From positions 77,701 to 97,700 of the forward strand of contig QPGO01000244.1 in the NCBI GenBank assembly GCA_008632985.1: a DNA stretch of 20,000 bases. The letters run 5' to 3'. Each line of letters starts with the position of its first letter. Positions within the stretch are counted from its first letter, which is position 1. Origin of the DNA: Psammoneis japonica. Lineage: Eukaryota. Position numbers and translations under genes: made by a program. The notes beneath the pieces are model-generated. The model did not search any database, was not told the DNA's origin, and saw only the letters and a program-made list of their open reading frames with translations. This document shows, piece by piece, positions 1 to 10,884 of the stretch.

Positions 1-2322
1 TTGGATTCACACATTGAGGTGTTTTCTAAATGCTGCAGAGCATGTTGATTGTGATTTTTAGATTGATTCAATGTTGCATTCACACATTGATGCGCTTGAT
101 TCACTGTGAGATAAATCTTTCTTCGCTGTTGTTAAATCGCAGCAATGCACGTGAATATGAAATTGACACGCAGCTGGGTCCAAAGCCCAGTTCTGTGTTT
201 GCGTGCAACCGTGGCGACCGGAAGTCGGGGTGGTGCATTGTCAACTTCTTAAATTGTGGGTGTCAGTCAATTCGGGGATCACCATGGCTCAGGTCAAAAG
301 TGTCATGGGCCCTAAAAAGTTTCTCCTGACCAAAAGCAGTTGAGCAGCATCGTCGTCCATGCATCTGCCGTGTCACAGCTTGAGCCTTGCTTCGATGACA
401 ACGTTGTGTCCAATGAACTGACAACATTGACGCAATGATGTGAGAAAAGTCGATGAACTGTCCACGCAACGATTCCTAAATGCCCTGAGTTGAGCAAAAA
501 TTTTTTCATGTTTTTTTTTAAGTCATGATCTGTCAATGGGAGTTGGCATCGAGGGCACATCAGGGTGCCCAGTTCATGCAAATTTCCAAGTTGAAGTCGC
601 TGAATGTCCTGAGTTGAGCAAAAAAATTTTCATGTTTTTTTGGAAGTCGTGATTTGTCAATGGGAGTTGGCATCGAGGGCATGTCTGCATGTGCCCAGTT
701 CACGCAAATTTGCAAGTTGAAGAAACCCCCCAGTCAAGTTCCAAGTCCAATGATGCCACTGGCAGCGCCTCAGAAGCTCCCAAGAAAGGCAACATCACCA
801 GGCTGAGCAATGCCCAGAGCATGATGACACCTCGGCTGTCAAGAGATCAACCACCAGATCCCCACCACCCGAGCGATCACGCCACATTGGCCTCTGAGAA
901 AAAAACAACATGAAAACAACTTGTGGGCCAAGAGTGCTGCACCCAAGCTCTCAAATGAAAGCAGTGCCCTGTCCACCGCCGTTGCCACCTTCGGCGCAAG
1001 GCCAAAAGAAAAAAAGATGAAAAGGCTGTGTGGAAAAGAAGAGCCAGAGACATGGGGTGCAAAAAGTTGAGCCCTGCTGTCGGACCACCTCATCATCTCG
1101 GATGCCCGCCTCCACCCCCCACCCTTGCTTGCACCCCAGACAGATGCGAAGCTTGCCCTCAGGGAAATCAATGATGTGAAAGCAGCCCACAATGGAAAAG
1201 GAGCTCACTCAGCATGTGCGCATCGAAGTCAGTCCATCGCAGCTGCTCATGTCAAGCAGGCACATTTGCAAGTTGAGCGACAGACATGGCATCAATGAAA
1301 GAAAGTTCCTCCACAGGTTTCATTGCAACAACAACGCGGTTGCCAGGTGCCCCCACAATCGCCGCCAAGCTCCGATCTGCAGGAGCTGCAAGCACACACT
1401 TTTGCAGACCAAGCTCGCAAACAACACGCTGCCGCGGCACAAAAGCAGTGGCCTCAAAGAAGTGGCGCTGCATGTGTGTGCTTGTCTCTGGGCTTTTGGG
1501 GCGGCCCTTCCTGGTTCCTGTTTTTTTCTTTCATGTCGGCACTTCCCCCTGAACAAGCCAAGAAGACAACAATGGTGGAGCAGCGCAACAACTGTCGGGC
1601 ATTTGTGCGGGGGCTGAGGGTCACCCAACAAAGAGATTCTTGGGTTTGATTTGGAGCTCCTCTTTCAGATGTTTTGCATCCCGAGTTGGAGCCCCTTGCC
1701 TGGGCCAGGGCTGGGGTTCGCAAGGCACTGTTGATGCGCTGCTGCTGTGCGCTTGATGCACAAGCTTTGTTTTTTGGCACTTGCACAGACTCTGTGACTC
1801 ATTGTCGATGAGTGCTGCTGACACACTGCCAAACAGAAGAGCGTTGGTGATCGAGTGTGGAGATGAGAACATTCGCCCCACAGCGGAAGGGCAGTTTTCA
1901 ATTTTTGCAGCTGCGCGAGTGTTTGGAGCGTCGCGGCAAAGGCGGCAATTTGTGGGTGTGTGCCAGATGATGCTGATCCCACTGGAGTTGGAACAGCAGA
2001 CTGTTGCGAGCAGCCACTTGACAAATGGAAAACACCGGGTGCAAGTGAGTGTCTGTGCAGGTGGCGGTGGTGATGCAAGGCACACCAGAGCTGTCTGCCA
2101 GAGCTGAGCTCATGCCACCAGCAGGGCACACGAGGCCACATGAGCAAATTCGCCGGGTGTTTCGGCAGGGTCAGCTGACAGCAGTCGTGTGTCATCTGCG
2201 TTGACAGTGACCGCAAATCAAGAATTTCTGCTCACAAGCTGCTCAAATCTTGCCTGATGTTCACAGCTGGCCCCAACCCTCTGACCCTGACCCAATGACC
2301 CATGCAAGACGCGTTCCAGGTC
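1..2322. other. TpA-depleted domain of decayed repeat/pseudogene sequence
   Basis: About 9 TA in 1-520 and none seen in 521-2322. ORFs in all frames are rich in Cys/His/Trp and almost lack Tyr. No recognisable intact protein. Confidence 0.8.
437..722 (+). repeat. Dispersed repeat family: 28-bp block (437-464) plus two tandem ~120-bp units (478-596, 602-722)
   Basis: The units share gagttgagcaaaaa...gtcaatgggagttggcatcgagggca...caagttgaag. The same block order recurs at 5327-5499. Confidence 0.85.
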
Positions 2323-2829
2323 TAGGTGGGACCTCGCACTACTGAACTGTGACATCGATAGTTTTTTGAATCGCGTCGTATGTCGCGCACGTACATTTCT
2401 ACGTGATTTTGGCGAAATTTTGTATGATTTTATAGTACAATTATCAGGCTATCCCTTGAACAACTTTTTATATTTTTTTCTTCTACGCCATTCTCGAGTG
2501 TCTTAAGAATGGCGTAGGGCAGGCGTATTATCCAAAACTTCGAGTACGAACAGGGACGGATAGATGTACTACAAACTTGGCCGTTTTTTTTATGTCGAAG
2601 ATAAATATATGCATTAACCACAGTACGAACTACAGAGCTCGCACGTAGAATTCTACGGGGCAAATGTCACAAACCAGGCCTGCGGGGAGCATTGACCACT
2701 TGTCTTTCTTTGTGGGTGTGGGTGTATGTGTGCCGTTGCATGCTGTATTGCCTGTACGTACGTAGGGCCCTACCGCCGGGGCCGGTATTGTGGCGGCTGA
2801 GTGGCGTGGCCACCGCACCGGTGACGCGG

Positions 2830-4666
2830 ATGACCGTTATATTTGATGTCTCATGCCATTTTTGGGGCTGTAGCGAGCACAGCGGTTTCAACGGTTTCAA
2901 CGCGCATTTCAGGGCGAACGGTGAAATGTGCTCATTACCCATTTCTCCTTCCCTCGCCGATTCATTTCATTGCACGTCGCACGTCTTCAAGTCTATTACG
3001 ATGGCACTCTTTGTCAATTGAAGATGTAACTCTACAGCATTATTGACACCCCTTTGTAACATACCATTTAGAGAAGACAGGTAAGTCAAAATTTGCCAAC
3101 TGTGTTAGTCAGCAGTTCCTTCTTCCCCGCCAACATCCCCACCCGACTCCTCAACATTGTTCTACAGTACAGTCTCTGTCTCGACAGCGAGGTTTGCCCT
3201 TTGCCGCCTTTTTGGCTTCCTTCCTCTCCATCGTCTCGCCTGAAAAATTCGTCTATCGATTATCTTTTATCTTGTCCCGAACGGAAGCTGATTCTGTCAC
3301 GACATTCCGGAAGAGCTCGGGGAGGAATTGGAGAATTCCAAGACGATTGCCATATTGCGTCGGCTCAGGAAATCAGCAGCTAGGCCTATTATCAGGAACG
3401 ATCGCACCGCGATCATCAAGCCAAGTTTGACGCTGAGATTGATGGACTTGGTGCATGATGTAGACCATTTAAGTGGCAAGAATAACGATTGGTTTCTCGA
3501 CAGGCTGAGCTGGAAGCCGAGCTGCACGATAATGACATGGAAGTTGCCCCGTTCAAGACGATTTGATGTTGACAGTCATGCGAGTGTTTTTCCGTGGCAG
3601 GACTGCACACGATAAAAAGCGATCATGGCATCATGTCTCTTTCAGCAGATGCTGCTGTACTTTGGTGGACCGTCTGCTTGCAAAGCAACGCTTGGCTGAG
3701 ACCCTCGCTCTCAGCCGTCAGCGACCACTGTTTGCTCTAGGAAATGTGCTTGGGAGCACTGCATGGCTACTTTAGGCACACAACTTGTTACTCTGGGCAT
3801 TGTGTAAGATTCAACTATAGCACTTGAGATGATTACCCACTACTGCACGTCGGTTGGTTCATGGCCTGCGTCGAATGGTAGGATTTGACCTAGTTTAGAA
3901 ATGATGGACCTTCCTAGCAAGAAATTTCCATTGCATCAACCTGTTAGAAATGCCCACACTATCAACATCTTAAATGTATAAGGCCAATCAAGTGAACTTA
4001 CCTGGATCATCGACCTGCTGTACAGTATCAGCCCGACGGTGCATTTCTCATCGACTAACAGAGAACAGCGGCTTGAGCTGATTTGAGCTCGGATGATCCC
4101 GACAGAATGCTTCCAATGCCATCACACCAAGTCTTTTAATAAGAATACTAAGACTGCGCTGCATTGTAGAGTCCATACTGGACTTTTCATCCACCCCTAC
4201 AGTCAAGCTCATTCGTCCCGTCATCGTGGCATGAATCTCGTCGTCAGGAGTGGCACGAATGATCGTGTGTTTTTCTCTCTAGGCTTCTACAGATGGAACA
4301 ATTTTGCACAGCATGATAGTAAGATACAATAGAGAGCTGAAACATGGGAGATACTGGGAGAGGCAAGTCAAAATACCATCAACAAGGCCACCGTCAGATC
4401 CATGACAACAAATCGACGAAAACTCGTTCCGACAATCCAGTACAAACCCCACGTAGAAATCTACGATGATTTCCACGAAAAAAGGCGCAACCGAGATTCC
4501 GTCCGCCATTGTCAACCATATCGATAACGACGACATCAAAACATCTTACACTAAGGGAAAAACGACATATGACCTCAATAATACCATGAACGACAACATA
4601 TCTCATTTTTTCCTCAGTGTCGGCAGTTTACATGAAGTAGAACCGGCTGTTGTCGATTCATGGTGA
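2830..4666 (+). pseudogene. Possible fragmented or multi-exon gene of unknown function
   Basis: Normal TA content. ATG at 2830 lies ~60 bp after a TAGGGCCCTAC motif. Candidate introns at 2921-2990 (GT..AG) and from 3081 (AG|GTAAGT). Several short protein-like + frames (e.g. RQAELEAELHDNDME), but no continuous ORF or family recognised. Confidence 0.2.
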
Positions 4667-5326
4667 CTGCGGCTCTGAGCAACAAATTTTTTTTGTGCGG
4701 TGACAGTGTGCTTTTTTCAAAACTTTGAAGATTAAAAAGTTCCTAATTCCAGTTTGATTTGGCACACCCGAACATTTTTTTCACAGACAAACACGCTCAC
4801 CGTTCTCGCGCGGAAACCGCTGTGGCGAGGTGCACGGACACTCTTTTTTTTCCAATTTATCGCCATAATAGCGCATCGCACAAACTCACTTATTGTTCGA
4901 CATGTTTTCCCCAATATGACTTTTTCGTGTAGAATTCACGATAAATTATCTTTGTATATAACTGAATACATTTTTGAACATGCCACGCCGGCAATCCCAA
5001 TTTTTCAGAACTTTCGAGCTCTCCTGAAAAACCGTGCCACGTGCCCGTCGTAGGGAATTTATCGATTTTTTAGGATGTCCCCACAACCTCTCATGTCCTC
5101 AATGACAATTCCAAGAATCCGAAGAATTCATCTGCACTGAACAACCCACACCCTTTCAAAATCCAAGGGACACACTTTCAAATTCAGACGGACAACCCGA
5201 CTGCCCGACTGCCCCACTGCCGGACCGACACGAAAAAGTCTGCAATCACCAACCACTGAGTGGTCAATGAAAGTCCCACCCAGGACTGGAACCCGTCGCA
5301 AGAAAAGTCGATGAGCTGTCTCCAAC

Positions 5327-5499
5327 GATGTGAGAAAAGTCGATGAACTGTCCAAGCAAGGACCCCAAATTTTTTTTTGCTTCAAATGCCAAATGTCCCA
5401 AGTTGAGCAAAATTTTTCCATGGGTTTTGTTGCAAGTCGTGGTTTGTCAATGGGATTTGGCATTGAGGGCATGTCTGCACGTTCGCGCAAACTTCCAAG
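5327..5499 (+). repeat. Third copy of the 437-722 repeat family (possible transposon subterminal sequence)
   Basis: gatgtgagaaaagtcgatgaactgtcca is identical to 437-464, and 5391-5499 aligns with 478-596 and 602-722. Confidence 0.8.
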
Positions 5500-5739
5500 G
5501 TGTCAGTCAACATTGCTGACCTCTGCATGTGTGCTCTTTTTTCCTCATGTGCAAACCTGTGTGAGCCAATTGCCAGAAAGAACAACACATCTTGGTGCAC
5601 CCAGCCCAAAGCCTGTCTCAAGCTGCACCTTGTTTTGTCTCTCAGCTCTTCATTGTCTGGGTGGATCTCTCACACGCGGCATCACCTTGTGCCAAATCTT
5701 TGACCTCGCTGGCTTCAGAGACCCTTGCACACACTGCCC

Positions 5740-6223
5740 CAGCTTGGCAATGGCATCCTGACATTCTGCCAGCTCGGCAATGGCATCTGGCAATCCGACA
5801 TGGTGTTCTCGAGAGTCCGAACATGGTCTGCCAGTTTGGCGATGGCATCCTGACATTCTGCCAGCTTGGCAATGGCATCCTGATGATCCAACATGGTGTT
5901 CTTGAGAGTCCAAACTTGGTCTGCCAGCTTGGCAATGGCACCCTGACAATCCGACACGGTGTTCTCAAGAGTCTGAAAGTGGTGTGCCAGCTCAGCAACA
6001 GCATCCTGATGTTCCACCAGCTCGGCAATGGCATCCTGACGTTCTGCCATGGTGTTCTTGAGAGTCTGAAAGCAGTTTGCTGGCTCAGCAATGGCATCCT
6101 GACATTCCACCAGCTTGGCAATGGCACCCTGACATTCTGCCATGGTGTTCTTGAGAGTTCAAATGTGGTTTGCCAGCTTGGCAATGGCATCCTGACATTT
6201 CACCAGCCCGGCAACAGCACCCT
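5740..6223 (-). repeat. Coding-type minisatellite of mixed 30-bp and 63-bp units; relic of a coiled-coil protein
   Basis: Units start at 5740, 5770, 5832, 5862, 5925, 5988, 6018, 6081, 6111, 6174 and 6204 with core cagcttggcaatggcatcctga. The minus strand reads (AExQDAIAEL / ADxVRTLENTM)n. One 1-bp deletion near 5788. Confidence 0.85.
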
Positions 6224-6654
6224 CAACAGTTTCGTTGGATTTCTTGAGTTCGCCAGTGGATGCCGCCAAGCAGCGCTGCCTCCTTTCCCTTGCACGCTGA
6301 TTTTCTGATGAATTGCAAGGGGAGTGCTGGTGTGCTTGATGATGCCAATGCGATGCCTGCTGCCACGTTGTTGCTTTCCCCAGTGAGCGAAAGGCAACAA
6401 CAACACACAGTCATCACAACGGCTGCAACGCGGTCAGTGGCAAGGTGGCGCTCATGCTCAAATCTTGCCTGGTGTTGTTTGTGGCCGGCCTGTGATTGTT
6501 CCAGTGGCTGAGCCTCCTCCATGTGGCACCGCAACAACCAAGCACTGCACACGACTGCTCAAGCATGACTGTGCAGCATGAGCCGTGTTTTCAGTCTGTC
6601 ATGGTTGCCTGTGTTGGCTTGCCTCCATCACATCACATGATGACAGCCGAGTGC

Positions 6655-7276
6655 TGCACGTCTTGTGCTCTCATTTTGTTGTTGCTGCCAGACCTGCATG
6701 CTGCTTGCAAGCAGCCATGGCTGCAAACAACAACAGTGGCTGCAGGATGCACAGGTGGAATGAAGGTGATGATGCCGGGGAACTTTTGGGCCATGTGCAC
6801 AACCCTCGCAGCCCTGACATGATGTTCGCTCATGGAAATTGTCTCGCCAGAACACGTGGACAGAGCCCAGAATCTGAGCGGAAACTGGAGGTTGGTGTGC
6901 ACCACCATGTTCCACAAACACTGCAAGAGCATTGTGAAGCCAATCTTCCAGGCCGCGCCTCCTCCTGTGCCCACCGCCCACCCTCCCTCCTCTTGCAAAC
7001 CCACCTCGCAACACCACTGGGGTCATCCTCCACCTGGGCATCACTGTCCTCAATGCTCAAGGTGGTCAAGTTGAGCAATGCCAGCATTTTGCTTCATCAG
7101 CTCCACACAGGTTCTGACCCTCTTTTGTTGTTTTCTCTTGGGCCCAGATTTGGCTGGCATTGTCACAGCCACAGCACAAGGCCAGGTGACAGCCAGCTGG
7201 CAGCATCCTCTGAGATTTTTTGTTGTGGGACAATGCACGTCTTGTGCTCTCATTTTGCCATTGCTTCCAGACCTGC
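6655..7276 (+). repeat. 43-bp direct repeat pair (6655-6697 and 7234-7276)
   Basis: tgcacgtcttgtgctctcattttg...ccagacctgc occurs twice with about 4 mismatches. Confidence 0.75.
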
Positions 7277-8067
7277 TGAGAAACGTGCCTGATGCTGCCA
7301 CCCTTTCTAAGAAATGCAATTTGGCTGCTGCAGCCCACTCAGTGAACAGACACATGTGTGCGCGGCTGGCTGTTTCAATGTTGGATGCCCTGCCACTGCT
7401 CCATGTTGAAGCACATTGCTGGACACTTCCATGGCAACAAGCACTGGGGCATCACCTGCAAGAAACCTGGCCAAGACAACCCCAAGTTGCCCGCCTTCCC
7501 CAAAATGATGATCCCTTCCAGCTTTGCCAGCTGTTTTGGTTGGGTTGGCCAGTCGTGTGTCGTCTGCATCAACCATGATGTAAAATCAAGAGTTCAGACC
7601 AAAGTTGTTGCAGTGGCCTTGAGTGTGTTGGAAAGCACCTCAGATTTCTTTGAGAAGCAAGCCAGTGCCAATGATGCTGACCACACCAAAGTCCAGAGAC
7701 TTGGTGCAGAGCCAAAGCAATCTGGTGCAGCATCACATTCTCCAGCTGCACCCGCATGGAGAGGTTCTGATCCACCAAAGCACACAAGGGACACACCATT
7801 GTTGCTGGAAGCATTGATGGATGGATTGCCCAGCCCAAGTCAGAGAAAATGGTGGCTTTTCCTCCTCCAAGCCAGAGTGAGAATGGACTCTCCCAAGAAT
7901 GGAAAGCCTGATCTGCCAAAGCATGCAAGGATCATGCCATTGAAACCATCACTGCATGGATCACTCAAGTTGGAGATCCTTCCAGCCAGAGTGAGCATGG
8001 GCTCTCTGGTCCTGATGATTCTGAGAATGGCAGTGGCAAGATGCCAGCCAAAGATCCGGGTCAGAAA

Positions 8068-8212
8068 CCCAAGGTGAATGTCCAATTTTCCAAGCGGTGT
8101 TTTTGCAGCAGTGTTGTCAAATGCATGATGAAGAACACAGAAACTGGATCACCCATGTTTGGCATTGAATGTGAAGATGGCAACACTGAAGACATCAATC
8201 AAGAGGAGTGTG
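8068..8212 (+). pseudogene. Relic of a Tudor-like domain
   Basis: KVNVQFSKRCFCSSVVKC...PMFGIECEDGNTEDINQEE resembles the G-x-V-x-x-Y...(Y/F)-x-I-x-YEDGDxED pattern once C->Y and N->D are restored. Recognised by eye only. Confidence 0.45.
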
Positions 8213-9554
8213 CATCTAAACACTCAACAAGGAGCTTCCTTCAAAAGCTCATTTCACTCAAAATGTCAACATCCACAACTTGCCATTGGCCACTGAAAAT
8301 GTTGCTGAGACACAAACCACAGATTCTGTGACTGGCAAACCACCCACAAAACAATTGGAAGAGCCACGCGGCAATGAGATCTTTTGACACTTCAGAAGCA
8401 GCTTCGCTGTCTGAATTCTAAAAAAACATCCAAATTCCAAACCCCTCCCCACTGATTTCATTCACATCCATTTGCCATGACATGGCTGGCCACACATGGC
8501 ACAAATTTTAAGTTCATCATCCCCATTTTCACTGGAACAAAGCGCACACTGCCAGCCTTGCCACTTGGGGCAATGTGCTGACAATGGGGCTCACCACAAG
8601 TGTCCTGCAGAGATCTTCCTTGAAGTCACGCTGGGGGTGAGCCTGGGGTGAGCAGTCATTGGCTCCCCTGGCTGCAGCAACTGCTGTGAGAGTCTCACAG
8701 CTCCAGCTGAATGTTGCAGCATGGGTGATGCTTGGGTGTGGTGAAGGGTTTGAAGAAATGGGCACCACTTCAGCAACAGAGACTGCACCTCCATCCACAT
8801 GCAATTGAGGTGTCTCACTTTATGGCATGACATCTCAATGGCACTTTCACCAACTTTCACCCATTTTCCCATTTCTTGCTTTGTTCTTCTTGGTGACAAT
8901 TTTGCAATGCACACGCTGTTTTCTTCAAAGTCAGCACACGTTCAAGCTGAGATTGCAAATTTCACATTCAACACACACAACACCCAGTTGCCATTTCGGA
9001 AACTCTGGATCAACAGGAATGTTGCTGTTGTTTGGCAATGGCTCTGACAGCACACCAAACATCACATGCTTTGTAATGGGTTTGCATTGTTGCCACCCAG
9101 CAGTGCAGGATGCTTGGCTTCAGCACTGTGTCACACTCACAGTGGCTGTCTCAATCTGGCCTGTGCTTCTGAGAGGCAAGAAGAAAAGCAAAATGAGTGA
9201 GTGAGCAAGATTTCACTCTTTGGATGTGACCACAAACAATGCCAGAAGGTTGGACAGATGATGGGCAAACAAGAGCACCAAGTCAGCCTGAGTGAGAAGG
9301 CCCCATTTGTGGTCACCAGAGAGGATCTTCTTGCAGACCTCGCTGTTGTTTTTTGGCACTTGAAAGTTGGGCACTCTGTGGCCTGCAATGACGGGCACTC
9401 AAGAGATGCCCACAGCTCTGCAAAATGGAAGCACAGCAATGGAGGCAGAGCTCAGAGAAATGTGCAGGTCAGCCATGTGAAGTTGCCAACATGCAGACAC
9501 ACATGGGACCCTTTTCCTTTGCCCTTTGAACCAGGAGCTGCTTTTCAGTGCCTT

Positions 9555-10690
9555 TCACACATCACTTGGGTGAGAGTCAGAAAGAGCTGCCAGGTTCTGC
9601 AGCTTCTTGGACACCCAGATGATGGGACATCTGACATGACAAATGACATGTCCGATGCATGGCTTGATGGACGTTGGGTCCTGCCTGTCTTCAGCACAGA
9701 AGAGTCCCACAAAATCAGCACCAACACAGCTGTCCAGATGACGGTCAGTGGTGGGTGCAAGGATGAGCCCCTTGTTGGTGGCACCCTTCAAGTGACAAAG
9801 AGTGTGTTTGATGGCAACAGTGTGCAAGGCTTTGGGAGCACAGGAGAACTGCACAATTTGATGGACAGTGGACAGGCAGTGTTTGGGTGGCTGTCAGATG
9901 CTGGGTGCATCAGCGTGCCGACCACGGGGCAACAGTTGCAGGGTTCATCCAATGGCAGGCCTTCAGCAAAGTTGCCACCAACAGGTGTGGGAAGTGCAGG
10001 AGCAGGAGCTCCATTGCAGTTTTCCACATCTTGGTGGCACGCAGAACTTTCTCAGTTGGGCCAGGCCAGGTCAAGAAGGAAGAGCCAGCCACTCTTGAGC
10101 TTCTGGATCTTGATGCCCAAAAAGTCACCAACTTTGTGCCTTCACCACACAGGTCAAAGACATGGCATTGCTCGCCATCAGAGATGCCCAATTTGGCAAT
10201 GTGTCTCTGTTTGCTTCAAGTTCTTGAGCAGGTGCACCGGCAAACACGGCATCATCAACGTGCACCACACATGGCACACCCTTCTTTTGAAATGAAGACA
10301 AGAGTCAACAGCAGACTGGGACCAATCTCTTTCGAGTGATCCATCATGCAGCTTTCCACAGAAACACTTGGGAGGCTGATCATGAAGGCCACACAGGCCT
10401 TTCAACAGTTTCAGCACCAAATCGGCGACCGATCTTCTTGGCTGAGAACCCTTGGAAAGCTCCACACAGACTTTGTCCTTGGTGTCAGCTTGGTGCTGGG
10501 GATGCAACCATTTGCACAGATGACACAAAAGGAGGGGGGTGCCTCTCTCGAGGTTGTGCAACGCAGTGCAGAGGGTGACAACCGCACAGCAGGGGACAAT
10601 GAGACATGCCAAAAATGCAAATTGTGAGATGCTCTCTCACTTGTGCAAGAGTGACAATTTCGACCAACGGTCGCCAACGTCACTCCGACC
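9555..10690 (-). mobile_element. Degenerate Ty1/copia LTR-retrotransposon pol fragment (RT plus N-terminal RNase H), CoDi-like
   Basis: Motifs occur in copia order across frameshifts: LKLLKGLCGL (=LxKSLYGL), QSAVDSCLH, VHVDD at 10251-10265 (=YVDD), NCCPVVGTLMHPASDSHPNTAC (=YRSVVGMLMYLAxNSRPDIAY), KHTLCHLKG (=KRIxRYLKG), CVGADFVGL (=YVDADFAGL), GHVI..CPIIWVSK.LQ..AALS. No LTRs found. Confidence 0.9.
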
Positions 10691-10849
10691 ACTGTGCTGT
10701 TGCCGCAAGACTCGACGGACGTTTTTGCGGAAGCAAATCTGTCGTGACAACATGTCGATGACCCAAGGAGTCCACCGCCATCCGTGAACCAGCAGACTGG
10801 TGACTAGTGGCAGCTTGGCTCTTGTGGCTTGGGGCCGGCGCCGGCATCT

Positions 10850-10884
10850 CTCTACTCTCTGCTGCTCAGTGGTAGAGAGTAGAG
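10850..10884. repeat. Inverted repeat (hairpin) at the edge of the TA-depleted domain
   Basis: ctctactctct-gctgct-c-agtggt-agagagtagag has 11-bp perfect arms, extending to 17 bp if three TG are read as TA. Confidence 0.7.

Larger units (their letters stand above)
5073..10804. other. 5.7-kb TpA-depleted domain (decayed TE and gene relics)
   Basis: Only about 7 TA seen (7308, 7581, 8217, 8419, 8509, 8821, 9074), against hundreds expected. TG/CA is strongly enriched and CG is also scarce in the core. Confidence 0.9.

Noticed and set aside
4690..5060. piggyBac-like terminus (…gtcgtaggg)
   Set aside because: No TTAA target site and no matching opposite TIR found in the window.
5740..6223. CRISPR-like array
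   Set aside because: The segments between the core repeats are homologous to each other rather than unique spacers, unit lengths are multiples of 3, the context is eukaryotic, and there are no cas genes.
9201..10295. 364-aa + strand ORF and the many other overlapping ORFs in TA-free domains
   Set aside because: Loss of TA removes TAA/TAG stops, which inflates ORFs in all six frames. This one is antisense to the copia relic.
5073..10804. Classical RIP or CpG deamination alone as the explanation
   Set aside because: RIP raises TpA rather than removing it. CpG decay cannot turn Tyr codons into His/Cys or explain the TA-free but CG-rich edges.
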